Below are positions 49,078 to 59,824 of a stretch of DNA of 64,000 bases, one piece after another. The stretch's first letter is position 1. Every line of letters begins with the position of its first letter. Origin of the DNA: a virus (taxonomy: Duplodnaviria; Caudoviricetes); the IMG/VR virus record IMGVR_UViG_2558309013_000001, positions 6,779 through 70,778 of that record. The stretch is one strand, 5' to 3'. The notes under the pieces were generated by a model, which made no database searches, had not been told where the DNA came from, and saw only the letters and a list, made by a program, of their open reading frames with translations. The translations under genes and the position numbers were made by a program.

Positions 49078-50073
49078 GTGCGATTTCCGGTGGAAATAAA
49101 GCTATTGACACTGTATAGTGACGTAACTGCTGTACCGGTAAAATGGTTATGGCATCCATATATTGCTATAGGTAAAATCACACTTCTCCAAGGAGATCCG
49201 GGCTGTGGAAAATCCTCTATGATGATGAATCTGATAGCAGAATTGTCAAATGGCGGTTCAACTCCGGATGGCAGAGCTTTCGGACCACCGCAGCGCATTA
49301 TCTATCAGTGTTCCGAGGACGGAGCTAAAGATACGATAAAACCTAGATTAATAGCTGCGGGAGCAGACTGTAGGAATATAGCCTTTATAGATGAAGAGGT
49401 TTACAGTGGACTGACTCTCGATGATGAACGGATAAGAGAGGCTATTACAGAATGGAGACCTCGGCTTGTAGTCATTGATCCTATACAATCATATATAGGC
49501 AACGACTCTGATCTGCAGCTAGCTTCGAAGGCGAGGAAGCTGATGCGCCGTATCGGTATGTGGGCATCTACATATAACTGTGCTATTGTCCTTATCGGTC
49601 ACTTCACTAAAAATGAAGGTGCAAAAGATCTGTATCGTGGATTAGGCAGTATAGATGTTGTAGCTGCAGCACGCAGTGTCCTTCAGGTCGAGAAAAGTGA
49701 AGAGGACGCCGAGGTGCGTATCGTTAAACAGGTGAAGAACAGTCTTGATTCCAATGGAGCTGACCTATCTTTTGAGATACGGCCTCATACCGGCTTTAAG
49801 TGGCTGGGAGTTGCAACAGAGGAATCAGATATGGAAGAAAGCCAGACTGTAGCTGCATTTGAAGCTCTGCCGAAGAATAAGCATGAACTTGCAGCCCTCC
49901 TGATTAAGCGTGCTCTGGGAAAAGGCGCGGTAGAGTCAATGGAGATAAGACGTATAATGGCAGAATACCGTATAGGCGAAAAAACTATGAATGAGGTAAA
50001 GGCGGAGCTTGGTATCAAGCCATATCGTAAGAGAAAGGCATGGTACTGGATACTGCCGGGATCGAATAATTAA
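49078..50073 (+). CDS. AAA_25 / RepA-like helicase-ATPase
   Basis: V.WLW.PYI..GKITLLQGDPG.GKS, ED, VIDP, LIGH..K, GS. Confidence 0.85.
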   Translation: MRFPVEIKLLTLYSDVTAVPVKWLWHPYIAIGKITLLQGDPGCGKSSMMMNLIAELSNGGSTPDGRAFGPPQRIIYQCSEDGAKDTIKPRLIAAGADCRNIAFIDEEVYSGLTLDDERIREAITEWRPRLVVIDPIQSYIGNDSDLQLASKARKLMRRIGMWASTYNCAIVLIGHFTKNEGAKDLYRGLGSIDVVAAARSVLQVEKSEEDAEVRIVKQVKNSLDSNGADLSFEIRPHTGFKWLGVATEESDMEESQTVAAFEALPKNKHELAALLIKRALGKGAVESMEIRRIMAEYRIGEKTMNEVKAELGIKPYRKRKAWYWILPGSNN

Positions 50074-50093
50074 ATTATGAAAGGGGAGTCACT

Positions 50094-51953
50094 ATGAACG
50101 TATCGGAAAAGAAAGCAACAGCTTCGGAACGTAAAAAGAAGATAAAAGACCGATATAAAGGCGCAGATCCGTCAGATATCGAAGTTATCCCTGCAACTGT
50201 TCCGGATGAAGTGAATCTGGCTGAACAGAAGCTCAAGGTTGCTGCATATGTTCGTGTTTCAACTCAAAATGATGAGCAGACTTCCTCTTTTGAATTGCAG
50301 GTCAATGACTTTACAGACAGGATCAATAATAATCCTAACTGGGAATTTGCCGGAATATATAGTGATGAAGGCATCTCCGGTACGGAATTATCCCATAGAA
50401 AAGGTATGCTCCAGCTTATAGAAGATGTAAAAGCAGGGAAAGTACAGCTTGTCCTTGCTAAATCTATAGCACGTTTTGCAAGAAATACCGTGGATTGCCT
50501 TTCGGTTATAGAAGAATTGAAGAGAAACGGCGTCGGTGTCAGATTTGATGAGAACAATCTCTATACAATGGACGCCACCGGCGTTATGGTCCTTACTCTT
50601 CTTGCATCAGTGGCAGAAGAGGAATCCCGTTCAAAGTCATTTATAATGAAATGGTCTGTACAGCGTAGATTCCAGAAGGGTATATTCCTTACTCCTGAGC
50701 TTCTCGGATATGATAAGGACGAGGACGGAAAGCTGGTAATTAACCCAAGTGAAGCTGAGACAGTAAAGGTAATATACTATCTGTACGTTAACGGCTGGTC
50801 AACACGAGAAATCGCAGATATTCTCACAGCCTACGGACGTACAACAAAGCTGGGCAATACAGAATGGGATCCGTCCACTATTAATGGTATTATTGATAAT
50901 GAGCGTCACTGCGGAGATGTAGTGGCTCAGAAGACACTGACTCCGGATTTTAAGACTCATAAGGCTGTAAAGAATACAGGTCAGCTTCCTAAATACAGGA
51001 AGCGGGATCATCATGAATCTATTGTGGATAGAGAAGTATATAACGCAGCAATGCTTGTCAGAGCTTCTTCTCTCTATAAACGAAAAAAGCACGCCCTTCC
51101 CGTACTGAGCGTGGTTGAAGATGGAATACTCCGCGGATATGTCCCAATAGACAGGAACTGGGAAGGCTTTTCAACAAAAGATTACCAGATGGCATGTGAA
51201 AGTATCAGCAATATTGGATTACAGGCTGATACAGAAACAAATAGAAAACTGAACCTAAAAGGATATCAGCTTGTAAATTCGACAATGTTTCCGTCTTCTG
51301 AAGATCTCAACCTTACGATCTCAGACGGTAAAATGTGGTTCAGTACAGCCTGCCTGAGGAAGTTCTCAGATGTAGAGTATGTTGAACTGCTCATAAATAC
51401 CGTAAATAACAGACTTGCGATCCGTCCATGTGAGAAGGATAATCCCAATGCTATACACTGGGGAAACCTCAGAAATAACAAGTGGGTAGTTAAAACTTCC
51501 AGTTGCCGTGGACTTGCAAAGGTATTATTCAGCCTTATGTCATGGGAAGATGACGGTAAATACAGGTTCAAAGGCCGGTTTATGGAGAAAGGTAATGATA
51601 AACTTCTTGTATTTGAACTGGAAGAGCCGGTTATTACGAAAATCATGGAGCAGGTCGTAGTTCCTGATCGTCCCGATGGAGAGCAGGCTGAAGAAATTGT
51701 TGTACAGGAAACAGTAAAGGTTTATCCAGCATCATGGGCAGCAGCATTCGGTATGCCGATAATGTCCGTAGCCCATGGAAATCTTTTAAGTCAAGTACAT
51801 TATGCAGGAGATTGGGACGTACTAAGACCTGCAACAATAATCGAAGAAATGAACGCACTCTCTTCCGGTAGGATATCAGAATTGATGTCTGAAGCGGAAG
51901 AAATCATGAAAGGATGGGATGATAATGGAGGAGATGAGTCAGCAGACCAATAA
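50094..51953 (+). CDS. Large serine recombinase 3 with extra C-terminal domain
   Basis: YVRVST, YSDEGISGT, KSIARFARN, AEEES..KS, HHESIV. Confidence 0.92.
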   Translation: MNVSEKKATASERKKKIKDRYKGADPSDIEVIPATVPDEVNLAEQKLKVAAYVRVSTQNDEQTSSFELQVNDFTDRINNNPNWEFAGIYSDEGISGTELSHRKGMLQLIEDVKAGKVQLVLAKSIARFARNTVDCLSVIEELKRNGVGVRFDENNLYTMDATGVMVLTLLASVAEEESRSKSFIMKWSVQRRFQKGIFLTPELLGYDKDEDGKLVINPSEAETVKVIYYLYVNGWSTREIADILTAYGRTTKLGNTEWDPSTINGIIDNERHCGDVVAQKTLTPDFKTHKAVKNTGQLPKYRKRDHHESIVDREVYNAAMLVRASSLYKRKKHALPVLSVVEDGILRGYVPIDRNWEGFSTKDYQMACESISNIGLQADTETNRKLNLKGYQLVNSTMFPSSEDLNLTISDGKMWFSTACLRKFSDVEYVELLINTVNNRLAIRPCEKDNPNAIHWGNLRNNKWVVKTSSCRGLAKVLFSLMSWEDDGKYRFKGRFMEKGNDKLLVFELEEPVITKIMEQVVVPDRPDGEQAEEIVVQETVKVYPASWAAAFGMPIMSVAHGNLLSQVHYAGDWDVLRPATIIEEMNALSSGRISELMSEAEEIMKGWDDNGGDESADQ

Positions 51954-52707
51954 AATGACAACTGCAGAGAGAGCCTCAGCAAAGGAATTGAGAAGACTTG
52001 AACTTGAACAGGCTTTCGGCAACTATCATTTTGTTGTAATCCGTAAGGAGCTGTTCGCTCATTTACGTGATCCTGCAGTAGTCATAAGAAACGGCAGCAT
52101 AACCTTTAATACAGCGTGTATCAATGATATGGAAGATGTCGTCTATGTGCAGCTCCTGATGTGCGAAGAAGAAAAGAAATTCGCTGTCAAAGCCTGTCAC
52201 GCTAATGACAAGGATGCACTCCGCTGGTGTATAGAGAAGCCAGATAAGCGAAAAAGCCGTAAAATGACGTGTCCGGACTTTACAAAAAAGCTTTTTAAGC
52301 TTATGAACTGGGATACAAGGTGCCGTTACAAGATACTGGGATACAAGATAGACTTCGAAGATGAGGCCTATTATGTATTTGACCTTATCGTCAAGGAGAC
52401 CTTCAGGGAAAAGCCTAAGAAGGGCGAAGTTGTTACAGAGCCTATTGATACAAGAAAAGGATATTATTCAGATGATATTGCCAATACATTTGGTATCCCA
52501 CTTGAAGAACATAGGAAACAGACTCTGGTATCTGAAAATAACGGATATATCAACGTTGCAATGCTTACAGGCAATCAAAAGCCTGTTGAAGAGAAACAGC
52601 TTACCTTGCCGGAGACAAATGAGGCATCACAGTATATTCCGACTCTTTATTATGGTGAAACAGTTCAGAAAGGCGTAGCCGAAGAAACGGAGGCGCACTA
52701 TGAATAA
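51919..52707 (+). CDS. Recombinase-associated hypothetical protein
   Basis: Similar to the C-terminal domain of the preceding recombinase (F.TAC, YV.LL, AV..C.......W, LF.LM.W....Y...G). Confidence 0.7.
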   Translation: MIMEEMSQQTNKMTTAERASAKELRRLELEQAFGNYHFVVIRKELFAHLRDPAVVIRNGSITFNTACINDMEDVVYVQLLMCEEEKKFAVKACHANDKDALRWCIEKPDKRKSRKMTCPDFTKKLFKLMNWDTRCRYKILGYKIDFEDEAYYVFDLIVKETFREKPKKGEVVTEPIDTRKGYYSDDIANTFGIPLEEHRKQTLVSENNGYINVAMLTGNQKPVEEKQLTLPETNEASQYIPTLYYGETVQKGVAEETEAHYE

Positions 52708-53101
52708 CATATCATGGGATAATGAAGACCTAGGTCTCAGTTTTGAAAAAGCATATGGAAGGATAACCATATTCAAAACAACGATAGAAGCCTTAGGTTA
52801 TCCAGCGAATTTCCGCTTCCTATTTGATGAGGATCATAAACAGTTTGCTATAGAGAGCTGCAGTTATGATGCCTGTGGATCTCATACGTTAGCAGAGATA
52901 ATACCTGATGAAACATATCAGCTAAAGAGTATGGATCTGGTACAGTTTATATATCATGCTTGTGACTGGGATGAAAACTACACGTATAGAATCAAAGGGA
53001 TAATAGTACCTATACGTAATATGGTGATATTTGACCTATCACAAGCAATAAAGTCGAAGGACCTGCGTGAACTCAAGATGATGGAAAAAGCAGGCTCATA
53101 A
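52700..53101 (+). CDS. Hypothetical protein, distant paralog of the same domain
   Basis: GRITI..T..ALG.P....FL......FAI, W.....YRI.G, FDL. Confidence 0.65.
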   Translation: MNNISWDNEDLGLSFEKAYGRITIFKTTIEALGYPANFRFLFDEDHKQFAIESCSYDACGSHTLAEIIPDETYQLKSMDLVQFIYHACDWDENYTYRIKGIIVPIRNMVIFDLSQAIKSKDLRELKMMEKAGS

Positions 53102-53150
53102 TACTATTATAAATAGTATATCATACTTATAAACAAAAATAAAGTCAAAA

Positions 53151-53198
53151 AAGCGTAAAAAAGCCTTCTACAGGTGCGTAGATTGCTCTTTTACGCTT
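53151..53198. terminator. Hairpin/terminator after the recombinase operon
   Basis: AAGCGTAAAA...TTTTACGCTT inverted repeat. Confidence 0.55.
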
Positions 53199-53215
53199 AA
53201 CTTATATTTTTTAAA

Positions 53216-53229
53216 AGAACATATGTTCT
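53216..53229. promoter_or_regulatory. LexA (Cheo)-type SOS box
   Basis: Perfect palindrome AGAACATATGTTCT matching Firmicutes GAAC-N4-GTTC. Confidence 0.5.
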
Positions 53230-53276
53230 ATACCAAGTGTTTACCCTTCTTAAAAAGTTGGCACAAGTAGATGCTA

Positions 53277-54654
53277 TGGCTTATGCAGGGATTATCTATA
53301 GATCAGCCCAAAGCAATAAAAAAGCTTGAAGGCGGCGTTGATATATGCTGAGTTTTGCACAGCGGATATGCACATAAATGTGGAAGATATTTCTCAATTG
53401 AAATACGCTCTTTTCCTTGAAAAATCGGGCGATTTGTGATATAATCTAAGTATCATAAATCACCTAATACAAGGAAAGGAGCGTATCATTATGAATTATG
53501 CTGAGCTGAAAAAAGCATATGATCTGGTAATACAGAAATGCTCCGCCCTTGAAAAAAAGTTGATGAATTAAAGAAATCCAATGAGGATAAAGACCTCCGT
53601 ATCGAACATCTGACCGAGCTTGTTGTGAAGCGCAATAAGATGCTGTTCGGACAAAAGAGTGAGAAATCGAAATTTATCAACGATGGACAGCTTGCTTTTG
53701 ATGGAGTTTTCAATGAAGCCGAAGCAGAAGCTGATACTTCTGCTCCTGAGCCTACAGCTGAAACAATTGCTCCGAAATCTAAGAAAACAGGACAGCATCG
53801 TGGCAGAAAAGAGATAAGAGCTGACCTTGAAATTAAAAAAATAGTATATGAACTTCCGCAGGAACAGCCGATATGTGAAGTGTGCGGAGGATCTCTGACC
53901 GAATATGCAGAGGAATACATTACTACAAGACTTGCCGTAACACCAGAAAAGGTGTATAAAATCGAGTATTACCGCAAGGTCTACAATTGCGTAAACTGCG
54001 ATAAAAACGGTACAAAGGCTAATATTATCGCAGCTGAAAACAAAACTCCTGTCTGTATTATCAAAAAAGGGCTTCCTGACGCAAGCCTTGTTGCAGGTAT
54101 TATGCAGAGAAAATATCAGCTTGGAGAACCGCTTTACCGTCAGGAGCAGTATTGGAAGCTGAGAGGTATCTATCTGAACCGAACATCACTGGCTAAGACC
54201 GAGCAAAGGCTCTGCCCTTGGCACGGCGGTTACTTATGCCTTAAAGCAGAAAGGAAAACTGTATCTGTTCCTGAGCAATCCTAAAGTCGAAATGACCAAT
54301 AATCTTGCTGAGCGAACAGTAAAGCCCTATGTTATCAACCGTAAAAACTTCCTGTTCAGCGATACCGAGAATGGTGCTGCTGCAAGTGCAGCAGTAATGA
54401 GTATCATAGAAACGGCTAAGAGAAATACCCTCGATGTCTACGGTTATCTGCTCTATCTTCTGACAATTCTGCCAGAATTGGGCAATGATCCTACAGAAAC
54501 ACAGCTCGAAGCTGTCATGCCTTGGAGTATGACTTTGCCTGCATATTGCAGGCAGATGTATAGTGAGATACATTAAAAAAATATGTCATTCAAAAATATA
54601 ATCTTTTATTGTAAAACAATTAAATTACTTAAAACAGTGATATTTGGCGCTTTC
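53277..54654 (+). mobile_element. Decayed IS66-family element
   Basis: TnpB 3' remnant WLMQGLSIDQPKAIKK...* (53277-53351); TnpC pseudogene; right-end-like TATTTGGCGCTTTC at 54641-54654. Confidence 0.8.
53491..54576 (+). pseudogene. tnpC: IS66 transposase TnpC, frameshifted and internally deleted
   Basis: LFGQKSEK, CEVCG, KYQL..PLYRQE, jump near 54195 to ALG.AV.Y and TNNLAER.VKP.VI.RKNFLF, SIIETAK. Confidence 0.85.
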
Positions 54655-54703
54655 GAAAAGGCACTTCCGATTACTCGGAAGTGCCTTTAAACAGCGATCA
54701 ATG

Positions 54704-55969
54704 TCAGAAGTACTCCTTCTTCGCCTTTTCAACGAAAGAAGAAGCTGCACTGTCAAGATCGGTCTTATCATAGATATAATCAGTTGCAGCCGCAAAGAAA
54801 TCGTCTATCAGCTTGCCGTTTTCCAGAACAGGTGACAGCTGCGGAAGGGTATGCTCTGCCATTTTCTCCGAAGCCTCAAACTGTATGCCCTGAAGCATTC
54901 CCTGCTCATTGAGTACCTCTCTTGCAGAGGCACTTAGCGGGATGCCCTTTTCAATGCCCTGAAGCTCAGCCATTTCTCTGCTGTTGAGCAGAAAATCAAG
55001 GAGCATTCCTGCTTCGGCAGGACGGTCAGTGTTCTTGCTGACAGCGTACATGGTGGCAGGCTTTGCATACCAGCCCTCGCCTGTATTGTTTCCGCTGATC
55101 GTGGTCTGGTCTGCAACTACTATCTCTCTTTCTTTGCTGACAGCTTCGCCGAAATAGCTTTCAGCGTCGCTTACCCATGCAACAGAACCTGCGTAATTTT
55201 CGTTATCCAGCTTTATACGCTCATAATGCTCAACAAGGGGCATTACCTTACTGTCCACAAGCTTTTTGTAGAAATCCATCATTACTGCAAAATCTTTTTC
55301 AGTAAAGTTAAGACTTCCGTTCTGATCAAGGATACTTTTGCCCTGTGCCTGTTCTGCATATGAAATGAGATACAGCCACATTGACTTGCTTGAAGCACTG
55401 AGCGGATAGATATTTGCAGACTTCATCGCATCTGCTGCTCTGAACAGGTCGTCCCATGTTTGGGGTACATCTGCCCCGTATCTGTCATATAAGGTCTTGT
55501 TGATATATACCGTCTCGGAATTCATAGCTATGGGAAGGGCATTGAGAACGCCGTTTCTCGTGCCGTAGCTCAGCTGTTCTTCAGTGAAATTCGATAGAGC
55601 AATATACTTTGAAAGAGCGTTGAGATCATAATATCCCATACCATCAGCTGAATAATCCGTGAGCCAGCCGTAGTTTATCTGCATAACATCGGCTTCTGTA
55701 TCCGACGCCATCCAAATCTTATTTCTTTTTTCATAGCCTGACCATTCGGAATAGCTGCACTTGACTCTTATTTCAGGGTGCAGCTCCTCGAACAATTCCA
55801 CAGCTTTAAGGGTATATCTGTTTCTTGCGTCATTTCCCCACCATGAAAACTCTATTTCAACCTGTGTTTTCTGACTCGACATAGTAGTCTTTTCAGAGCA
55901 GCCTGCGGAGAATATCATTGCAGCACAAAGCATAAGTGCTGTTGTTCTTCTGAATATCTTCATAAACAT
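54704..55969 (-). CDS. Sugar ABC transporter solute-binding lipoprotein
   Basis: Lipobox SAGC; FSWWGNDARN, FE..HP.I.V, DVMQIN..W. Confidence 0.85.
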   Translation of the reverse strand: MFMKIFRRTTALMLCAAMIFSAGCSEKTTMSSQKTQVEIEFSWWGNDARNRYTLKAVELFEELHPEIRVKCSYSEWSGYEKRNKIWMASDTEADVMQINYGWLTDYSADGMGYYDLNALSKYIALSNFTEEQLSYGTRNGVLNALPIAMNSETVYINKTLYDRYGADVPQTWDDLFRAADAMKSANIYPLSASSKSMWLYLISYAEQAQGKSILDQNGSLNFTEKDFAVMMDFYKKLVDSKVMPLVEHYERIKLDNENYAGSVAWVSDAESYFGEAVSKEREIVVADQTTISGNNTGEGWYAKPATMYAVSKNTDRPAEAGMLLDFLLNSREMAELQGIEKGIPLSASAREVLNEQGMLQGIQFEASEKMAEHTLPQLSPVLENGKLIDDFFAAATDYIYDKTDLDSAASSFVEKAKKEYF

Positions 55970-55981
55970 TGCCCTCCGTTC

Positions 55982-57454
55982 TCACATCACACTTGATACA
56001 TTGTGACCGTTTTTTACGGAAGCACAAAGTGCAGCATATGCTTTATAGTAGGTCTCGCGGAAATCACCTTTGCCAAAAGCAGCGGCGGAATCCGCAGTAA
56101 GCTCAAGGAGTCCCATAGTGCTTGTGTATTCCGACTCTCTGAACTTGTTGCAGACATCTTTTGCTCTGCTCTCGGAATCAGAACGGAAGGTCTCTTCGTC
56201 TTTTTCATTGTTTTTCAGCAGTACAGAGAATGAGTTCTCGCCGATCCTTCCGATACATTCAGCGTCGCTGAATACCTCTTTCAATATGGTTATCATTTTA
56301 CCCTTCTGCTTTTCGGGGAACGTCGGATAGAATTTTTCGATTATGTCATCAAAGTTATTAATGGCAACGAGCACAACTCCATAGCAATGATTAGGATTCT
56401 TCTTCATAAGGTTATCAGCCTTGTCGCGGAAAAATCTTCTTCCCAATATATTCTCGAATCCATCCTCGCTTATCTCATCTGACAGACCAGAGGTAACTGT
56501 ACCAATAGGATCCGCCATACGTCTTACGAAAAGCGCACCTGCACAGACTGCTATCAGCGCTACCAGACCTGCAAAGAGATAGATATATTTTCTTATATCT
56601 ATTGCTTCCCTGAGAATGACCTTTGTAGGTATGGAGCATATTATATACCAGTCGTCGTTTATGGTATTTAAGGTAGAAAGGTTCTCACGTCCGTTTATGA
56701 CTACCATGTCCTTGTTCCTGATATCATCAAGGAGCTTGTCAGGGATAACTGAACCGCTGCTGTCGCCCTTTACAGATGAGTATATCATTTTGTAATTTCT
56801 GTCCGTCAGACGTATCTCCATATCACTGAGATTCTCGGGATTCTCAAAGACGGAATCAAGCTCAGCGGTGTAAAACGAGATAAGAAAGATAATATTGTCG
56901 TTCATCTGTTTTACATAGTAGATACGCTCATAGTCGTCGTTATAGCCGGTGAACCAGCCGTCGTGAGTACGGCGTCGGGTGATCATTGTGGAAAGCTCAG
57001 AGTAAAGCTTGTCGCCGAAAAGCTTTATAGTACCGTTTGAAACCTTTCCTATCGTTTTGTTGTTTGCATAAACGATGCCATAGTCAACGAAATTCTCCAT
57101 AAGACACAGACTGCTGAGATCTGATGCAATCTGCTTTTCTATATTTATGGATTCGTATTCATCGTTTTCAGGTGCGGAAGCATCGTAGCTGTAGGCATTA
57201 TCCACCGAATAAGCCAGAGTTCCGATAGTTTCCATTCTGCTGAGGTATGCTTCAAGATTCAGCTTGAGCTGAACATTGAGCGTTGAAGTCATTGAGCTGA
57301 CCTTTTCCTTTGTCAGCTCATCGTATTTTGTGACAATAAAGGCTGTAATGCCAATGATCGCCGCAATAACGATAGCAGCGTAGCCTATTATCATAAGTAC
57401 GCTCATTTTTTTGATCTTCTCAAGACCAATAGTCTGGATTTGATCCCTTGTCAT
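55982..57454 (-). CDS. Membrane sensor: Cache-like extracellular domain + degenerate GGDEF-like domain
   Basis: Two TM helices; INNF..I....., GRIGENSF.V in place of GGDEF. Confidence 0.65.
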   Translation of the reverse strand: MTRDQIQTIGLEKIKKMSVLMIIGYAAIVIAAIIGITAFIVTKYDELTKEKVSSMTSTLNVQLKLNLEAYLSRMETIGTLAYSVDNAYSYDASAPENDEYESINIEKQIASDLSSLCLMENFVDYGIVYANNKTIGKVSNGTIKLFGDKLYSELSTMITRRRTHDGWFTGYNDDYERIYYVKQMNDNIIFLISFYTAELDSVFENPENLSDMEIRLTDRNYKMIYSSVKGDSSGSVIPDKLLDDIRNKDMVVINGRENLSTLNTINDDWYIICSIPTKVILREAIDIRKYIYLFAGLVALIAVCAGALFVRRMADPIGTVTSGLSDEISEDGFENILGRRFFRDKADNLMKKNPNHCYGVVLVAINNFDDIIEKFYPTFPEKQKGKMITILKEVFSDAECIGRIGENSFSVLLKNNEKDEETFRSDSESRAKDVCNKFRESEYTSTMGLLELTADSAAAFGKGDFRETYYKAYAALCASVKNGHNVSSVM

Positions 57455-58015
57455 TTTTTTCCTCCTGTTTTTTAATATCCCTTTTTGTCTGTAACGCTCC
57501 AAAGCACAAAGGACGTCCGAAAAATCGGCGCATGATCCGGAATCCATTATGTAAGCAGATTTATTTTACCATATATTTTTTACTTTGTCCATACATTTAT
57601 ATAAATAAATTTTTTTTGCACATTATGTTACCTTTTTATCGGGTATTTACTGCAAATCCTTGACATGGATAACTGTCTGGGATGTCCGTGACTGTGCGGA
57701 GAGGCCTTATTTATCTTAGTAGTGGATAGCAAACGTAAAAGAAAACAGCGATTGTTTTCCCAATTGATAACTGAAACGTTCACGCTTTTTTACGTAAGGT
57801 TGCACTGGCATAATCACAAAAATTGAGCGGAAATTATAGTCTTGTGAACCTGAAAAGTCATAAGTGACACAAATCAATACAATATATCACGTTATATCGT
57901 AGAACAAAGAGCTTATGTAAAAATGATAGCAATAATCGAATTGACACAAATGATAGATGATAGTATAATTTAACAATAAGATTGTATAAACAATCTTAAA
58001 TATTACAAAAAGGAA

Positions 58016-58384
58016 ATGATGGAAATGAAAAACATAATCAAAAAGATTGCTAGTATTGCTATGGCTTTTACTCTCTTGGGAACAGGAACAAATGTAACAA
58101 GGACTATCTTGCCTGAATCAAATAATACTATTGTTGCAAATGCTGGAACTAAAGACTATGATAATAAAGGGTCTATAAAATTGAAAACCGATGAATTTGC
58201 TCAAGGTATGGGAATGTACAATAACATAATATATTTTGTTACCGAAAAAGGAAATAGTAATTGTAAGTTGTATAAGAAAAATCCAAATGAAGAAACCCCA
58301 AAAACAATAACTATTAAAAACTGTGACCCCAATATAATTAGACATCCCGAAGACCGTGGAGCATACAAAATCCGGAATAAGTAA
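58016..58384 (+). pseudogene. Probably truncated secreted protein
   Basis: MKNIIKKIASIAMAFTLLGTG signal peptide; abrupt compositional change near 58345. Confidence 0.5.
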
Positions 58385-58411
58385 GAAGGCAGCCATACGG
58401 CTGCCTTTGCA

Positions 58412-58909
58412 TTATATGCTGTATTTCTCAAGTTGAAGCAATGTTTTCTTTTTATCCAGTCCGCCTGCGTAGCCAGTCAGATCTCCGTCCGCTCCGACTA
58501 CTCTGTGACAAGGAATGATTATCGAGATAGGGTTATGACCCACAGCATTGCCGACTGCCTGAGCTGACATACGCTCAATTCCTTGCTGCTCTGCAATGAT
58601 ACGGGCTATCTCACCATAGGTCATTGTCTGCCCGTAAGGTATCGTCAGAAGTATATCATACACAGCCTTGCGGAATGGTGTTGTTTGCATACTTATAGGC
58701 GGAATATAATCGGGAGCTTTCCCATTGAAATAGGTATCGAGCCATTTGCAGGTCTGCGCGAATATAGGCAGCTCTGCTTCGATACTTTCTTCAACAAGTT
58801 TATGGGGATAGTATTTCTGCCCGTCGAACCATAAGCCTGTGAGAGCTTCGCCGTCACTGGCGAGGGCTATTCCACTGAGGGGAGAGGTGTAGCGGAATAT
58901 GTTATTCAT
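58412..58909 (-). CDS. ogt: Methylated-DNA--protein-cysteine S-methyltransferase
   Basis: IPYG.T.TYGEIA, AQAVG.AVGHNP, PCHRV active site. Confidence 0.92.
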   Translation of the reverse strand: MNNIFRYTSPLSGIALASDGEALTGLWFDGQKYYPHKLVEESIEAELPIFAQTCKWLDTYFNGKAPDYIPPISMQTTPFRKAVYDILLTIPYGQTMTYGEIARIIAEQQGIERMSAQAVGNAVGHNPISIIIPCHRVVGADGDLTGYAGGLDKKKTLLQLEKYSI

Positions 58910-59261
58910 GGTGTTTGTTTTGTTGACTTGATATTTCTATCAGTTCGTCCATTGTGTACTCTTTATATCTGTTTGCAGAAAACACGGAATCCGTTGTATC
59001 GGGTATATTCTTCATGACTTTTTTCAAATCGATTTCCCGCGGCAATGATAAAAAGTTTCCTTCTTCATCTTCCGACTTTATTGCACAGAAGATAAACTCT
59101 CCGTTTTCAATATCGAACTCAAAATAATCTGAAACCTCAGTTGGTTCAACATCTAAAAAATCAGCTTGCTTCTCAACAAATGTTTCATAAATCAGTTCCT
59201 TTAAGGCCTTTTCGCTTATCTTTATGAGTCTGCCTTTATTCTTATCCATATTATACTCCAA
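58902..59261 (-). CDS. Hypothetical protein
   Basis: 119-aa ORF overlapping the ogt start. Confidence 0.55.
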   Translation of the reverse strand: MEYNMDKNKGRLIKISEKALKELIYETFVEKQADFLDVEPTEVSDYFEFDIENGEFIFCAIKSEDEEGNFLSLPREIDLKKVMKNIPDTTDSVFSANRYKEYTMDELIEISSQQNKHHE

Positions 59262-59824
59262 TCATAGCTTTAGTGCATTTCAGCAATGCTTCTATATTCC
59301 ATACCAACATCTCCATAGTTTTATTTTACTGCATTATCGGCAAGAAATCAACAACAATTCAAAGAAAATCTTGCCGATAAAAATATACCACAGGTTTACT
59401 TGACATTTCCATATTGACGTGATATAATGAGTTCACTGAAAGGGAAAGTTCCCGAAATTCTAACTAATGAAAGGGTGAAAACAATGAACACTATCATGAA
59501 CAACGCTATGTCTGCATACATTTGTGCTTTTGATTTCCAGCAGTCAAGCTATTTCTTCCAGCAGGAAGATAATGGCTCAGTTTTGCTGCGCACAGATCAG
59601 AAAAGTGCTTGTTCAGTTGCCCTGACAGGGTGAGCAGAGATAGTGTTGCATTGTTGACCATCTTCTGATAGAACAGAGCCGTCTGTGTGCAGTATGGAAA
59701 CTCACACAGGCGGTTTTTATTATTCTATTCAGAAAGGTGGTTATTTTTATGCCCATAGCAGCTCCGACTATCGATATGATAGCAACAGGCGCTAACATCA
59801 GAGCATTGATAAAAGGCAAAGGAC

